From Promethearchaeia archaeon (GTDB taxonomy: Archaea; Asgardarchaeota; Lokiarchaeia; Sigyniarchaeales; SOKP01), in assembly GCA_029856105.1 (NCBI GenBank), contig JAHQWH010000226.1, positions 13,075-77,074 on the forward strand: DNA of 64,000 bases, given 5' to 3'. This document shows positions 21,435 through 31,128 of the stretch, piece after piece; the stretch's first letter is position 1, and each line of letters begins with the position of its first letter. The notes under the pieces are model-generated. The model did not search any database. It was not told where the DNA came from and saw only the letters and a list, made by a program, of their open reading frames with translations. Position numbers and translations under genes: made by a program.

Positions 21435-21729
21435 ACTTTAACACCTATGCATTATTAAATAATAATTATTAAATTTTCAAATGAAATATGATATATAATA
21501 TTATAAGATTTGACACTTTTAATTGTTTTTTTTTTATAGAGTTCAAGAAAATCGAATAAATAAATCTAACAAAAGAAAGTTCAATCATTTATATTTTTTC
21601 GATATACCTATATTCAAGTATTATAAAAAATTAAAAATAAAAATATAAATTAATATAATACAATTACTACTTTAATAATAATAAATTATTCTACTTATAA
21701 TAGAAAAAAATTAGAGGAATGATTGAATA

Positions 21730-22431
21730 TTGGTTTCTAAGGAATACAAAAAGATAGAGCGCGTCGTTAATTTTATGAAAAAAGGTTTACAATCATTAAG
21801 TGACGATCTAGAAGACACAGTTAGCGGAATAAACGATTTTATAAAATCGTTAAATAAAGCGTTAAAGGATTTGAAAGATGTTTCATTAAAACCAGAGGTT
21901 CAAACTGTTAGTAGTTCCTCTAAACAAATTGTTGCTCCAGCAAGTGGAACGGCAAAGACTGCTGCTGCGAGCACATTATTTAGTTTACTTAGCGGTAGTT
22001 CCGGACCCGTTCAACAAGCACCCGCTGCTACTACAGCTAGCTTAGCTCCTGCAATTGGTGTCCCTCCCAAGAAACCAGGAAAAAGGAGTCCTCCAACAGC
22101 TCCAGTAGCTGGAGGACCTCCAAAGAGACCCGTAAAGGGTGGCCCTCCAAGGGCTCCAGTGGGCGGCGCCCCTCCTAAGCGTGCTAATCTACCACCCGCT
22201 CCAAAATTACCTCCAACATCTGGTGGACCTCCACAAGCTCCTAATGCGGGAGTTGTTCAAGCACCATCATTTGCTAAAAGACCTGCACCTCCCGCCGCGC
22301 CCGTAGCAGGTGCCCCCCCTCGACCCGCAGTGCCCGTAGCAGCACCTAGCGCAGGAGGCGGCTTGAGTTCTTTACGTGATGAAATGTTAGAAGAGTTAAA
22401 TCGCCTGAAGAAAATAATGAGAGGCGAATAA
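21730..22431 (+). CDS. coiled-coil / Pro-rich / C-terminal WH2- or VASP-like helix protein (candidate actin regulator)
   Basis: N-terminal heptad helix, ~160-aa stretch with no D/E containing G[GA]PP[KRQ] repeats, C-terminal GGGLSSLRDEMLEELNRLKKIM; GAGG upstream of TTG. The CDS is secure; the function is inferred. Confidence 0.8.
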   Translation: MVSKEYKKIERVVNFMKKGLQSLSDDLEDTVSGINDFIKSLNKALKDLKDVSLKPEVQTVSSSSKQIVAPASGTAKTAAASTLFSLLSGSSGPVQQAPAATTASLAPAIGVPPKKPGKRSPPTAPVAGGPPKRPVKGGPPRAPVGGAPPKRANLPPAPKLPPTSGGPPQAPNAGVVQAPSFAKRPAPPAAPVAGAPPRPAVPVAAPSAGGGLSSLRDEMLEELNRLKKIMRGE

Positions 22432-22513
22432 AAACAATTAATTTCTCATAATTTTTTATTCTAACCACTATAATACGCAAAATTTTTAATCCTAAAACAA
22501 GAAGACATTACTT

Positions 22514-23260
22514 GTGGAGAGAAAAGATTTTCTTGTAACTGAAAATGAAATTCCTATTGTTGTTCCTAAACGTTTAATGGTATTTGCGGGTCACCCAGAT
22601 GACGAAATTGTTTCATGTGGTGGAACAATTCTTAAATATCAAGCATTAGGCTCTGAAATCATTGTTGTAGTAGCTACAAGTGGGTTGGGTGGATACGCTA
22701 AAACGGCCCACAAGGAAGATATCTTAGAACAGCGAAAGCAAGAACTTGATTTAGTCCGAACTGCTTTAAAATGTAGAGTTATCGAATTAGGATACTCTGA
22801 TTTGGAGGTTAAAAGAGAAATTATCTCTGAAGTGACAAATCTTATTAGAGACATCCGCCCTCAAGTGATTCTATTACCTCACTTCTCGGATTTTCATAGA
22901 GTTCATAGAACATTATCTTTAATTACAAGAGAAGCTATTTATCATTGTTCGACGGGAAAAGCTTATGGAGGACACGAGAGGAACTGGACTCCGCTAGGAG
23001 CGTATTATTACGAATCTCCTTCTTGTAAATTTCAATATATAGAAGGTTCTGTCTTTATAATAGTCAATATTGAAAAATATTGGGTAGAAAAGAAAGAAAT
23101 TTTTAATCGAGTTTATAAATCTCAGAAAGAAGTGTTAGAGCGAGTTTTGGATTGGGCAGAAGATACGTCAATTTTACGAGGTAACGAAATTAATTCAAAG
23201 TATGGAGAAGCTTATATTCCTATGACAGAATACACTCCTTTGAAGATTTTATTAGTGTAA
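22514..23260 (+). CDS. PIG-L / LmbE family N-acetyl deacetylase
   Basis: GHPDDE..CGGT motif; RxxE; DFHRVH as a variant of HxDH. Confidence 0.9.
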   Translation: MERKDFLVTENEIPIVVPKRLMVFAGHPDDEIVSCGGTILKYQALGSEIIVVVATSGLGGYAKTAHKEDILEQRKQELDLVRTALKCRVIELGYSDLEVKREIISEVTNLIRDIRPQVILLPHFSDFHRVHRTLSLITREAIYHCSTGKAYGGHERNWTPLGAYYYESPSCKFQYIEGSVFIIVNIEKYWVEKKEIFNRVYKSQKEVLERVLDWAEDTSILRGNEINSKYGEAYIPMTEYTPLKILLV

Positions 23261-23329
23261 AAATAGATAGGTTAATTGGAGAATTCAAATAAAGTTATAT
23301 TAATTAAATATTGTATAATAATAGAAATA

Positions 23330-24445
23330 ATGGGCAATCTTACTGTTGTTTTGGATATTGGGCAGTTCTCGACTAAGGCCGGGTATGCTGGGGAAGATAT
23401 GCCAACTCAAATCTTTTTTACGATAGTAGGAAAACCTAAGTATAGACAGATCGATTACGAATACGCGGGTATTAAACAAGACGAATATTATGTAGGAGAC
23501 GAAATCCAATCAATAGGCTTGTATAAAGTTTTTTATCCAATTGATAAAGGAATAATCCAGGACTGGCTGTCGTTTGAAAAAATAATTGATTACATTTTCT
23601 ACAATTTGAGAGTTGATCCAAGTTTAGTCAACGTTTTATTCGCCGTCCACCCATTGTTTCCACACGGGGATATAAAACGGCTATTTGAATTATTTTTAGA
23701 AAACTACCAGTGCAACGCGTTTTATCCCGTTTTAGACTCTATGCTTACTTTATACGCGGGAGGATTTCAAACAGGGTTAGTGGTTGAAATAGGGGATAGT
23801 ATCACGAGAATAGTGCCAATTTACGAGGGATACAAGTTAGATCATGCAGTAAGGATACTTGAGATTGGTGGAAGAACTTTAACCAAGTATATGGAAAAAA
23901 TATTAGGTGAAAGTGGCTTTTCAGCTGACTCTTCAATTAGAAAAGAACTGGTAAGAGCCCTCAAAGAAAAAGCTTGCTTCGTCTCGCTCGATTATAAAGA
24001 AGATTTAAAAAGAGCTGAACAGTATGAAAAAGAGTATTCTTTACCGGATGGTTCTACCATTTCTTTGAGTAAAGAAAGATTTGCCGTGCCTGAGCTTTTT
24101 TTTAATCCATCATTAGAATTGGAAGAAGATTCTTTAACAGAGGCTATTATGGATGTAATCGACATGTGTGACGTCGATATCCGAGCAGACTTATTGAACA
24201 ACATTTTTTTATCGGGAGGATCGTCTCTATTTCCGAATTTCAAATCTAGAATGTATCAAGAATTAGAATTTGAATTAGCACGGAGGAAAAAAAAGAACCA
24301 AATTATCAAAATAATAGCACCTAGGGAACGAGTATTCTCTGTTTGGGTTGGTGGTTCAATCTTAGCTACCATTCCTGAATTTCAAAGTAATTGGGTAACG
24401 CGTGCAAAATATTTTAAAGATGGTATTCCTGAGAATCTTTTATAG
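23330..24445 (+). CDS. actin-related protein (Asgard actin family)
   Basis: LDIGQFSTKAGYAGED, IVPIYEGY, KEKACFVSLD, YSLPDG, LSGGSSLFP, IKIIAPRER.FSVWVGGSIL are collinear with actin; start placed at ATG 23330. Confidence 0.95.
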   Translation: MGNLTVVLDIGQFSTKAGYAGEDMPTQIFFTIVGKPKYRQIDYEYAGIKQDEYYVGDEIQSIGLYKVFYPIDKGIIQDWLSFEKIIDYIFYNLRVDPSLVNVLFAVHPLFPHGDIKRLFELFLENYQCNAFYPVLDSMLTLYAGGFQTGLVVEIGDSITRIVPIYEGYKLDHAVRILEIGGRTLTKYMEKILGESGFSADSSIRKELVRALKEKACFVSLDYKEDLKRAEQYEKEYSLPDGSTISLSKERFAVPELFFNPSLELEEDSLTEAIMDVIDMCDVDIRADLLNNIFLSGGSSLFPNFKSRMYQELEFELARRKKKNQIIKIIAPRERVFSVWVGGSILATIPEFQSNWVTRAKYFKDGIPENLL

Positions 24446-24494
24446 TCGATAGTTCAAGATAGTCTGTACTCTTTTTTAATTGTATTTTTATGAT

Positions 24495-24546
24495 AAGCGT
24501 ATTACAAGCGTATTACAATTTATTAAAACTATTACTTGGGTATTAT
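24495..24546 (+). promoter_or_regulatory. phased direct repeats upstream of wHTH gene (putative operator)
   Basis: AAGCGTATTAC x2 (24495, 24506); TATTA at 24500, 24511, 24521, 24530, 24541. Confidence 0.5.
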
Positions 24547-24569
24547 ATCTTAGTATAATATAATCTTAA

Positions 24570-24953
24570 GTGGTGTTTTTAAATATGGAATTAGGTCCTC
24601 CAAATAATAGTTTTGAACAAACTAAAATCCTGAAAAAATATTACAAACCAGATTACTCTCAATTGTTTAATAAAATTAAAGAAATTAAAGCCCCTATCAA
24701 AAAAGAAATATTAATCGGGCTAATTGATGGCGTTTGGCATTCGGAATTAGATTTAATAAGGATCGCAAAAAAACAACAAAGATACATGGGTGCCGTTACT
24801 CTTGGAACGATGATCCATTCTTTAAATAACAGTTTAAAAAACGACTATGTTGAGAAGAAAGTCGTGAATGGAAAACTATTTTACAAAATTTCTGACAATT
24901 ACGTAGGTCTAACTCGAGCTGCTTATAACAAATATAATTTCAAAATGGATTAG
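24570..24953 (+). CDS. putative winged-helix DNA-binding protein
   Basis: Basic 127-aa protein; helices followed by YVEKKVVNGKLFYKIS wing hairpin. Confidence 0.6.
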   Translation: MVFLNMELGPPNNSFEQTKILKKYYKPDYSQLFNKIKEIKAPIKKEILIGLIDGVWHSELDLIRIAKKQQRYMGAVTLGTMIHSLNNSLKNDYVEKKVVNGKLFYKISDNYVGLTRAAYNKYNFKMD

Positions 24954-24994
24954 TAGTAGTAAAATCTTTTTATCCTTATTCTTTTTTTTGATGC

Positions 24995-27184
24995 TTATCT
25001 TTTCACGCACTGTTCATTTAAAATTTTATGAGTTTCGCAATTAGAACAAAACCCATTAAAAACAGAAGCGTTCTTAAAGCTATCGTTCCAACATTTTGGA
25101 CAAATATAATACGGTAAAGGTTTACCGTTCTTTCGTTTCACGATTTTAAAAGTATTAAAACCACATATTGAGCAGAATGAGGCTTTTAATATAGTAATTC
25201 TACCCGTTTTGGGAACGGAAAGGTAAGTTTTGCAATTTGTATCTGAACATACGAGAAATCTTTTCTTTTGTGAGGTCGTAATTAGCTTCATTGGATATTT
25301 TTTACAGGTTGGGCAATTAGCAGTAGTTTGTGGAAACTTTTTTTGTTTAAACTCCTGTTGCATTGCCGTTTTTAAATTTGTTTTAACGCTATCAAATCTT
25401 AAAGTAATAGCATTTCTGTTGTTAAGAAATTTATCAAACAATTCAAGAAAAATTTTTTTAACAATTTTTATCACTTCTTCTTTAGTCTTTCTTTGTTCCT
25501 TTATGTCTTCGAGTAATTTTTCCACAAATCGCGTAAATTCAGGTTTTAAGAAGGGCAGCCATACTTTTATTAACTCTATTATTATAAATTTGCCCCACTC
25601 CGTAGTTTTGAAATGATTTTTGTTAGTTCGCAAGATTAATTTTCGATCTATAAGAATTTTAATTATAGTTGGACGAGTCGATTTGGTTCCTAAATGTTCT
25701 CTCTCCATTAATTTCAAAAGAGTAGTATCAGAATATTTTGGGGGGGGCTGAGTTTCCTTAGCGTTTAATTGAATATTTTTAATTGGAAGTTGTTTTGCTT
25801 CGATTTCTATCGTTGGTTGATAGCTTTTCTTTAAAAAGGGTGCGATTTCGTAAAAACCACTTGAGACTAACGAAACCAACCGCGATGTAAATGGTTCTAC
25901 TTTTATTGATATTTTTAAAATTGTCCTCGATTCTTCTGCTTGTTCTCCGAAAAGAGCTAAATAATGTCGAGCTAACAAGTCGTAAACTCTTTTTTGAATG
26001 TTATTTTCAAATTTAGAACTATTTTGTTCCAAGCTCTCTAAAGGAGTAATGGGAGGATGATCTCCGGCGTCAACTTTCCCAATTGTAGGCATTAGGCGTT
26101 TTTTAGTTAGCAATTTTAAAGTGTAAGTTCCATAGTTAGTGTGAAGTTTGAGCTTATCTAAGTATTGAGTATGGTTAAAGTTTGCTTGGTATTTATCGCT
26201 ATCAGTCCTAGGATAAGAAATTATCTTATTTAAGTAGAGCGCGTTCATGGCGTTCATGGCAGCATTTGCGCTAATCTTTAGCCTCCTAGTTAATAAAACT
26301 AGCGCCTTCGAAGTATTTAAAGGCGTCGGAGGGTTTATAACATTAGTATTTTTACTAGTACTCAAAACTACAGCAATTTTTTCATTTCTTATTTTCTGAT
26401 GGATATTTTTTGCTTCAAGTTCTTTCTCTTTAATAAAAGGGTTCTTATCGTGGAAGGCTTTTATTATATGGGTTTTATGGCTTAAATTCGCTTCTATTGT
26501 CCAATATGGTTCAGGTACAAATCGCTCTATTTCTTGGTCCCTTAAGAATATTAAATAGAGCAAAGACGTCTGTACCCTTCCTATCGACACAAATTTAGCG
26601 TTAATCTCGTTTAATAAAGGTCTAAACGTATTTGTGACCTCTCTCGTGCTTGAAAACCCGATTACTGCGTCAATAATGGCTCTTGCCTCGCCTGTTTCAC
26701 CCCAACTCCACTTGGGATTTATCAAATTAGAATATTTAGAAACAATCTCTTTTTTTTGTAACGAACTTAACCACAGCTGACGCACTTTAATAGCTTTATT
26801 AGCTTTCTTTACAAACGGTAAGGCATCAAAAAGCCCAATGTTACATCCCTCAATATCCGCATCGGTACCGATTACGCATTCGTCGCATAATTTAGCATAT
26901 TCTTTTAACGCGCTAATATATGGTCTAGCATAACTTATGGATGCTTTTTCAATCGAACTTGGATTAGTAATTATTTCCCTAGGATTAGATTTCGTCCAGC
27001 TTTTAAATTGATCGGTGTTTTTATACTCTAAAATATGTCCTCGAAGAGGAACAACGTAAATATCTTTAGAATTTACCCGATATACTTTCAAGAATTTTGT
27101 TTTGTTTATAATCGTTACAGGACCTAATGCTTCAGCTATAGCCTTTGCTGCTTTATTTTTTTCCGATATTATTAAAATCGTCAT
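24995..27184 (-). CDS. topA: type IA DNA topoisomerase with C-terminal Zn ribbons
   Basis: ISEK, TDADIEG TOPRIM, SIGRVQT, catalytic ISYPRTD, DHPPITP, LGTKSTR, multiple CxxC. Confidence 0.95.
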   Translation of the reverse strand: MTILIISEKNKAAKAIAEALGPVTIINKTKFLKVYRVNSKDIYVVPLRGHILEYKNTDQFKSWTKSNPREIITNPSSIEKASISYARPYISALKEYAKLCDECVIGTDADIEGCNIGLFDALPFVKKANKAIKVRQLWLSSLQKKEIVSKYSNLINPKWSWGETGEARAIIDAVIGFSSTREVTNTFRPLLNEINAKFVSIGRVQTSLLYLIFLRDQEIERFVPEPYWTIEANLSHKTHIIKAFHDKNPFIKEKELEAKNIHQKIRNEKIAVVLSTSKNTNVINPPTPLNTSKALVLLTRRLKISANAAMNAMNALYLNKIISYPRTDSDKYQANFNHTQYLDKLKLHTNYGTYTLKLLTKKRLMPTIGKVDAGDHPPITPLESLEQNSSKFENNIQKRVYDLLARHYLALFGEQAEESRTILKISIKVEPFTSRLVSLVSSGFYEIAPFLKKSYQPTIEIEAKQLPIKNIQLNAKETQPPPKYSDTTLLKLMEREHLGTKSTRPTIIKILIDRKLILRTNKNHFKTTEWGKFIIIELIKVWLPFLKPEFTRFVEKLLEDIKEQRKTKEEVIKIVKKIFLELFDKFLNNRNAITLRFDSVKTNLKTAMQQEFKQKKFPQTTANCPTCKKYPMKLITTSQKKRFLVCSDTNCKTYLSVPKTGRITILKASFCSICGFNTFKIVKRKNGKPLPYYICPKCWNDSFKNASVFNGFCSNCETHKILNEQCVKR

Positions 27185-27397
27185 TAAAGTGTTTTTCTTT
27201 TGCTAAATTCGCTTTTATCTTAATGTAATTTCATTCTATTATAAAAGTTAACAGAAACTTAAATTACTAATTGCTTGATTGTTTATAAATGAAAAGTTTC
27301 AAGAGAAATAAGATGACTTACCTTATTATAATTTTTTATTATGTATTTATTATTTTCACTACTTAGCTATCAATAACCAGATTAGGGTTCAAATTTA

Positions 27398-30300
27398 TTA
27401 CTTTGGTAAGGTAAAACTAATCTCGGCTCCCTTATCCCTTCCTTCTGATTCCACCCAGATTTTACCACCGTGTACTTCAATCATTCCTTTACAAATATAA
27501 AGACCTAATCCACTCCCTTTCTCAAAAGCAGAATAGCTTTCAGTAGCTTGACCAATTGTAACAAATTTACCAAATAATTTCTCAATTTCTTTTAGAGTTA
27601 ACCCTTTTCCGTGGTCCTTTATTTTAAAAAGAAAATTTTGGTTTTCTTCCAAAACCTTAATGTTAATTATACTATCGTTAGGAGAAAATTTCACGGCATT
27701 TGATAATATATTCGAGAAAACTTGCGCGATTCTAAATCGATCCACTATTAGTTCAAGATCCTCGGAGACATTTAAGTTTATAGCTATTTTTTTTTGATTT
27801 ATTTGGTATTCTAATTCAGAAAGACAATCTCTTATTATATCGTAAATGTTCTCGACTTTCTTAATTATCTCTATTTTGCCCGCATCAATTTTCATTACAT
27901 CCAATAACCGATTTATGTAATTTTCCAAACGAGCTACGTTGCTTAATACTCGATTTAAATCTTCTTTAATATCATCTTTTAAATCTTTCTCTCTTAATAA
28001 TATTAAATCGATATAACCCCCAACAGAAATTAACGGTGTTTTTAAGTCGTGAGCGGCGATGCTAATAAAATCGGTTTTTAATCTATCTAATTCTTTTAGT
28101 TCTATATTTTGCTGCCTTAAGATTCGCTCGGATTCTTTTAATTTCTCTTCTGCGATTTTTTTATCGTTTATATCTTGTATTATGGCCTGAATCATTAATT
28201 CACCACCAATTTCAATAGTGGATAATTCAGATTCGACCCAAATCATTTTGTTATCTTTATTAAATATTTGTATGGCTGAAGGTTTCATCACGATATTCGT
28301 CGGGTCTCTCTTACGATCTAGTTCTTGAAGCGTTCTCAATCCTGGTTTTGTTTCTGAAGGAAAAATGTTTGAAAGTTTTAAATAATTCTTACCTATAAGA
28401 TCATCTTTTTTAAAACCGAACAATTTAGAAGTTGTAGAATTAATATCAATAATTTTACCATTAGTGTTTAAGAGCGCAATACTGAACGGTGAGTTTTCAA
28501 ATAAATGCCGATATTTCCGTTCAGATTCTCTTAACTCCTTCGTTCTTTCAAAAATTATTTTCTCAAGTTCTCTATTTAATATTTTTAATTCTTCTTCAGA
28601 CTTCTGTAATTTTAAGGCAGCTTCTTTCTTTTCTGTAATGTTCTGAATTAAGACTTGTATCAAAGTTTCATTTCCTAACTTAATTTTAGACGCTCGTATG
28701 TTAATCCATTTTTCTACTTTATCTGCGCGAGTCATTTTAAATTCCAATGGTTTTACTCTCTCGTTCTTGATAAAGCTTTCAAGTTTGCTTTTTAAAAGCG
28801 GAATAAAATATTCTGGACGATCGAATAAAGTTAAAAATTCTATAAAATTCTTTCCAATAAGGTCATCTCTCTTGTATTCTGAGAGTAATATATTCATAGT
28901 CGAATTACAGTCAATTATTACTCCCTTTAAATTCACTATCCATATGGAAAACGGAGAGCTTTCAAACAAGTGTCGATATTTTTTCTCCGACATAATTAAG
29001 TTTTGTTCCGCTTGTTTACGGGCGGTTATATCTCTGGCAAAACTTATAGCTCTATTAATTTTTCCGTCTTTTTTCAAAGGAACCGCATTTATCTCATATT
29101 CATAAATTTCACCTAGAGTGTTTTTTGCAGTAGTTTCAAGATCTTTTATTATTTTACCTGCTCTCAGTTCATTAATTTTAGCCTTTAAATCTTCGAGATT
29201 TTCTCCAGCAAAAAAATCTAGAACTTGTTTATTTTTTGCATCGTTTAAACTAATTTTTGTTTTCTCTAGAAATGCTTGATTGGCATCTAATATGTTTCCT
29301 TTTAAATCAGTGAGATATACTAAATTAGGGCTGGCATTAAAAATTGTGTGGTATTTTTCTTCTGATTCTTTAATTCTTTTATCGGCTTCTTTGCGTTCTG
29401 TAATATCCCTTCCGATAATTATTCCTTTAATCTTACCATCTTTATCTTTAAAAGTGTTTCCTTTAACTTCTATCCATATCCAACGATTATTTTTATGTTT
29501 AATTCTTACCTCTAAAACGCCTTTGCCCGTATCGAGACCTTCAACCATCGTTTTAATCGCAATTTTTTTATCGTCAGGATGAATTATTGCTAGAACTGAT
29601 TTTCCAATAATTTCCTTATAGGTATAACCTAATGTCCTTTGCCACGGTTGTTCGTTTACGTATTCAAATTGAAGGTTTTGATTTAAAATACTAATCAAAT
29701 CATAAGCATTCTCTGATATCAATTCGTATCTTTCTTCTGAGCGTTTAAGTTTTTCTTCTAAAACAATTTTCTCGGTAAAGTTTTGCACCATTCCAAAAAA
29801 ACCAGATTTAGCACCTTTAGCATCGTATTTCAAATATCCTGATGAATTTACTACGATTTTTTGGCCATTTTTGTGAAAAAACTCAAACTGGAAATTGCGT
29901 TGCCCTACCTCTGTTTTATAAACTTGGTTATAGAAGTTAAGCACTTTTTTCCTATTGAATTCATCTGACATATTTTGATAACTTTTCCCAAGTAATTCTT
30001 CTTTTGAATAACCCCCCATTTCGCAAAAGGATTCATTTAAAAATGTAAAATTTCCTTTTAAATCAACTTCATAATATCCTTCTTTAATGTTTTCTAATAT
30101 GTTCCTATATTTAATTTCGGATTCTTTTATCTTTTGCTCAGCTTTCATTCTATTAGTGATATTGTTATAAGTGCATAAAATTCCTCCTACGATATCCCCT
30201 TCGAGATTATGAAGCGGTACTCGATTTATCTCAAACCACGCTTTGCTTCCATCGCTTAACATCCACGATTCAATCTTCTCTTCACTTTGATTATTTTTCA

Positions 30301-30982
30301 TAACTCTTTTTTCATTTTCTTGAACAGATTTTAAGTTAGCTTTTGCCCATGGTAAGTTTTCATCTTCATCAGTTTTTCCGACAATAAAATCAGGATCTTC
30401 AATATTATTTACTAAAGCAAAATTTTGGTTACAACCCAGATATGTTAGATTTTTATCTTTCCAATAAATTAATTGAGGGATATTATCGATAACAGAGTCT
30501 AACATCTCACGCGATCTTTGAAACGATGTTTTTTCATCTTTAGTTTGCAATAGTTTCCAGAATCGAAGCTCTGGCATGGTTTCTGCTAATCTCCTTAAGT
30601 TAGATTCCCGCTTAAACCAGTCTTCTTCTTTTTGTTTAAATTTAGAGATGTCTCGAGAAATTATTAATATTTTAGCTTTTTCAGTGTCGCTAATAAATCG
30701 TTTTCCTTTTAATTCGTAATAAACATATCCTTCATCTTGACGAATCCTTATCTGCTCGCTTGCTTTTCCCGCTTTTAAGATGTTTTGAAGAAAATTCAAA
30801 CCACGATCTAAATCGGCGTAATAAAAATTATCTAATATTTTTTGAGCTAAACAGGAGTAGCCTAATTTCTTCAAATGGACTTCTTCATTAACGTATTCAC
30901 ATTCAAAGTTTTCATTTAAAATAAAAATTAAATCATCAAAATTTTCTATAAGAATATCTCCAAAATCGGAAACTGATGCCAT
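27398..30982 (-). CDS. cytoplasmic multi-PAS sensor histidine kinase
   Basis: About 7 PAS/PAC repeats (DITERK-type linkers), AHDLKTPL H-box, NAVKF, DHGKG, GSGLGL. Confidence 0.95.
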   Translation of the reverse strand: MASVSDFGDILIENFDDLIFILNENFECEYVNEEVHLKKLGYSCLAQKILDNFYYADLDRGLNFLQNILKAGKASEQIRIRQDEGYVYYELKGKRFISDTEKAKILIISRDISKFKQKEEDWFKRESNLRRLAETMPELRFWKLLQTKDEKTSFQRSREMLDSVIDNIPQLIYWKDKNLTYLGCNQNFALVNNIEDPDFIVGKTDEDENLPWAKANLKSVQENEKRVMKNNQSEEKIESWMLSDGSKAWFEINRVPLHNLEGDIVGGILCTYNNITNRMKAEQKIKESEIKYRNILENIKEGYYEVDLKGNFTFLNESFCEMGGYSKEELLGKSYQNMSDEFNRKKVLNFYNQVYKTEVGQRNFQFEFFHKNGQKIVVNSSGYLKYDAKGAKSGFFGMVQNFTEKIVLEEKLKRSEERYELISENAYDLISILNQNLQFEYVNEQPWQRTLGYTYKEIIGKSVLAIIHPDDKKIAIKTMVEGLDTGKGVLEVRIKHKNNRWIWIEVKGNTFKDKDGKIKGIIIGRDITERKEADKRIKESEEKYHTIFNASPNLVYLTDLKGNILDANQAFLEKTKISLNDAKNKQVLDFFAGENLEDLKAKINELRAGKIIKDLETTAKNTLGEIYEYEINAVPLKKDGKINRAISFARDITARKQAEQNLIMSEKKYRHLFESSPFSIWIVNLKGVIIDCNSTMNILLSEYKRDDLIGKNFIEFLTLFDRPEYFIPLLKSKLESFIKNERVKPLEFKMTRADKVEKWINIRASKIKLGNETLIQVLIQNITEKKEAALKLQKSEEELKILNRELEKIIFERTKELRESERKYRHLFENSPFSIALLNTNGKIIDINSTTSKLFGFKKDDLIGKNYLKLSNIFPSETKPGLRTLQELDRKRDPTNIVMKPSAIQIFNKDNKMIWVESELSTIEIGGELMIQAIIQDINDKKIAEEKLKESERILRQQNIELKELDRLKTDFISIAAHDLKTPLISVGGYIDLILLREKDLKDDIKEDLNRVLSNVARLENYINRLLDVMKIDAGKIEIIKKVENIYDIIRDCLSELEYQINQKKIAINLNVSEDLELIVDRFRIAQVFSNILSNAVKFSPNDSIINIKVLEENQNFLFKIKDHGKGLTLKEIEKLFGKFVTIGQATESYSAFEKGSGLGLYICKGMIEVHGGKIWVESEGRDKGAEISFTLPK

Positions 30983-31128
30983 ATTTCGTAAAAACCTCTT
31001 TAAGATAGTAGAAACTAAATACTTATGTTATATTTTAGTAAATATTTCTAATAATGTTAACCTTTTAGTAAAAATATAAAAGAGATTTTTCTAATCTGAA
31101 ATTATAGAAAGGAAATAAAAATTACATC

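Noticed and set aside
22020-22370. GC-rich patch as an RNA gene or foreign DNA
   Set aside because: Fully explained by Pro/Ala/Gly codons of the 21730-22431 ORF
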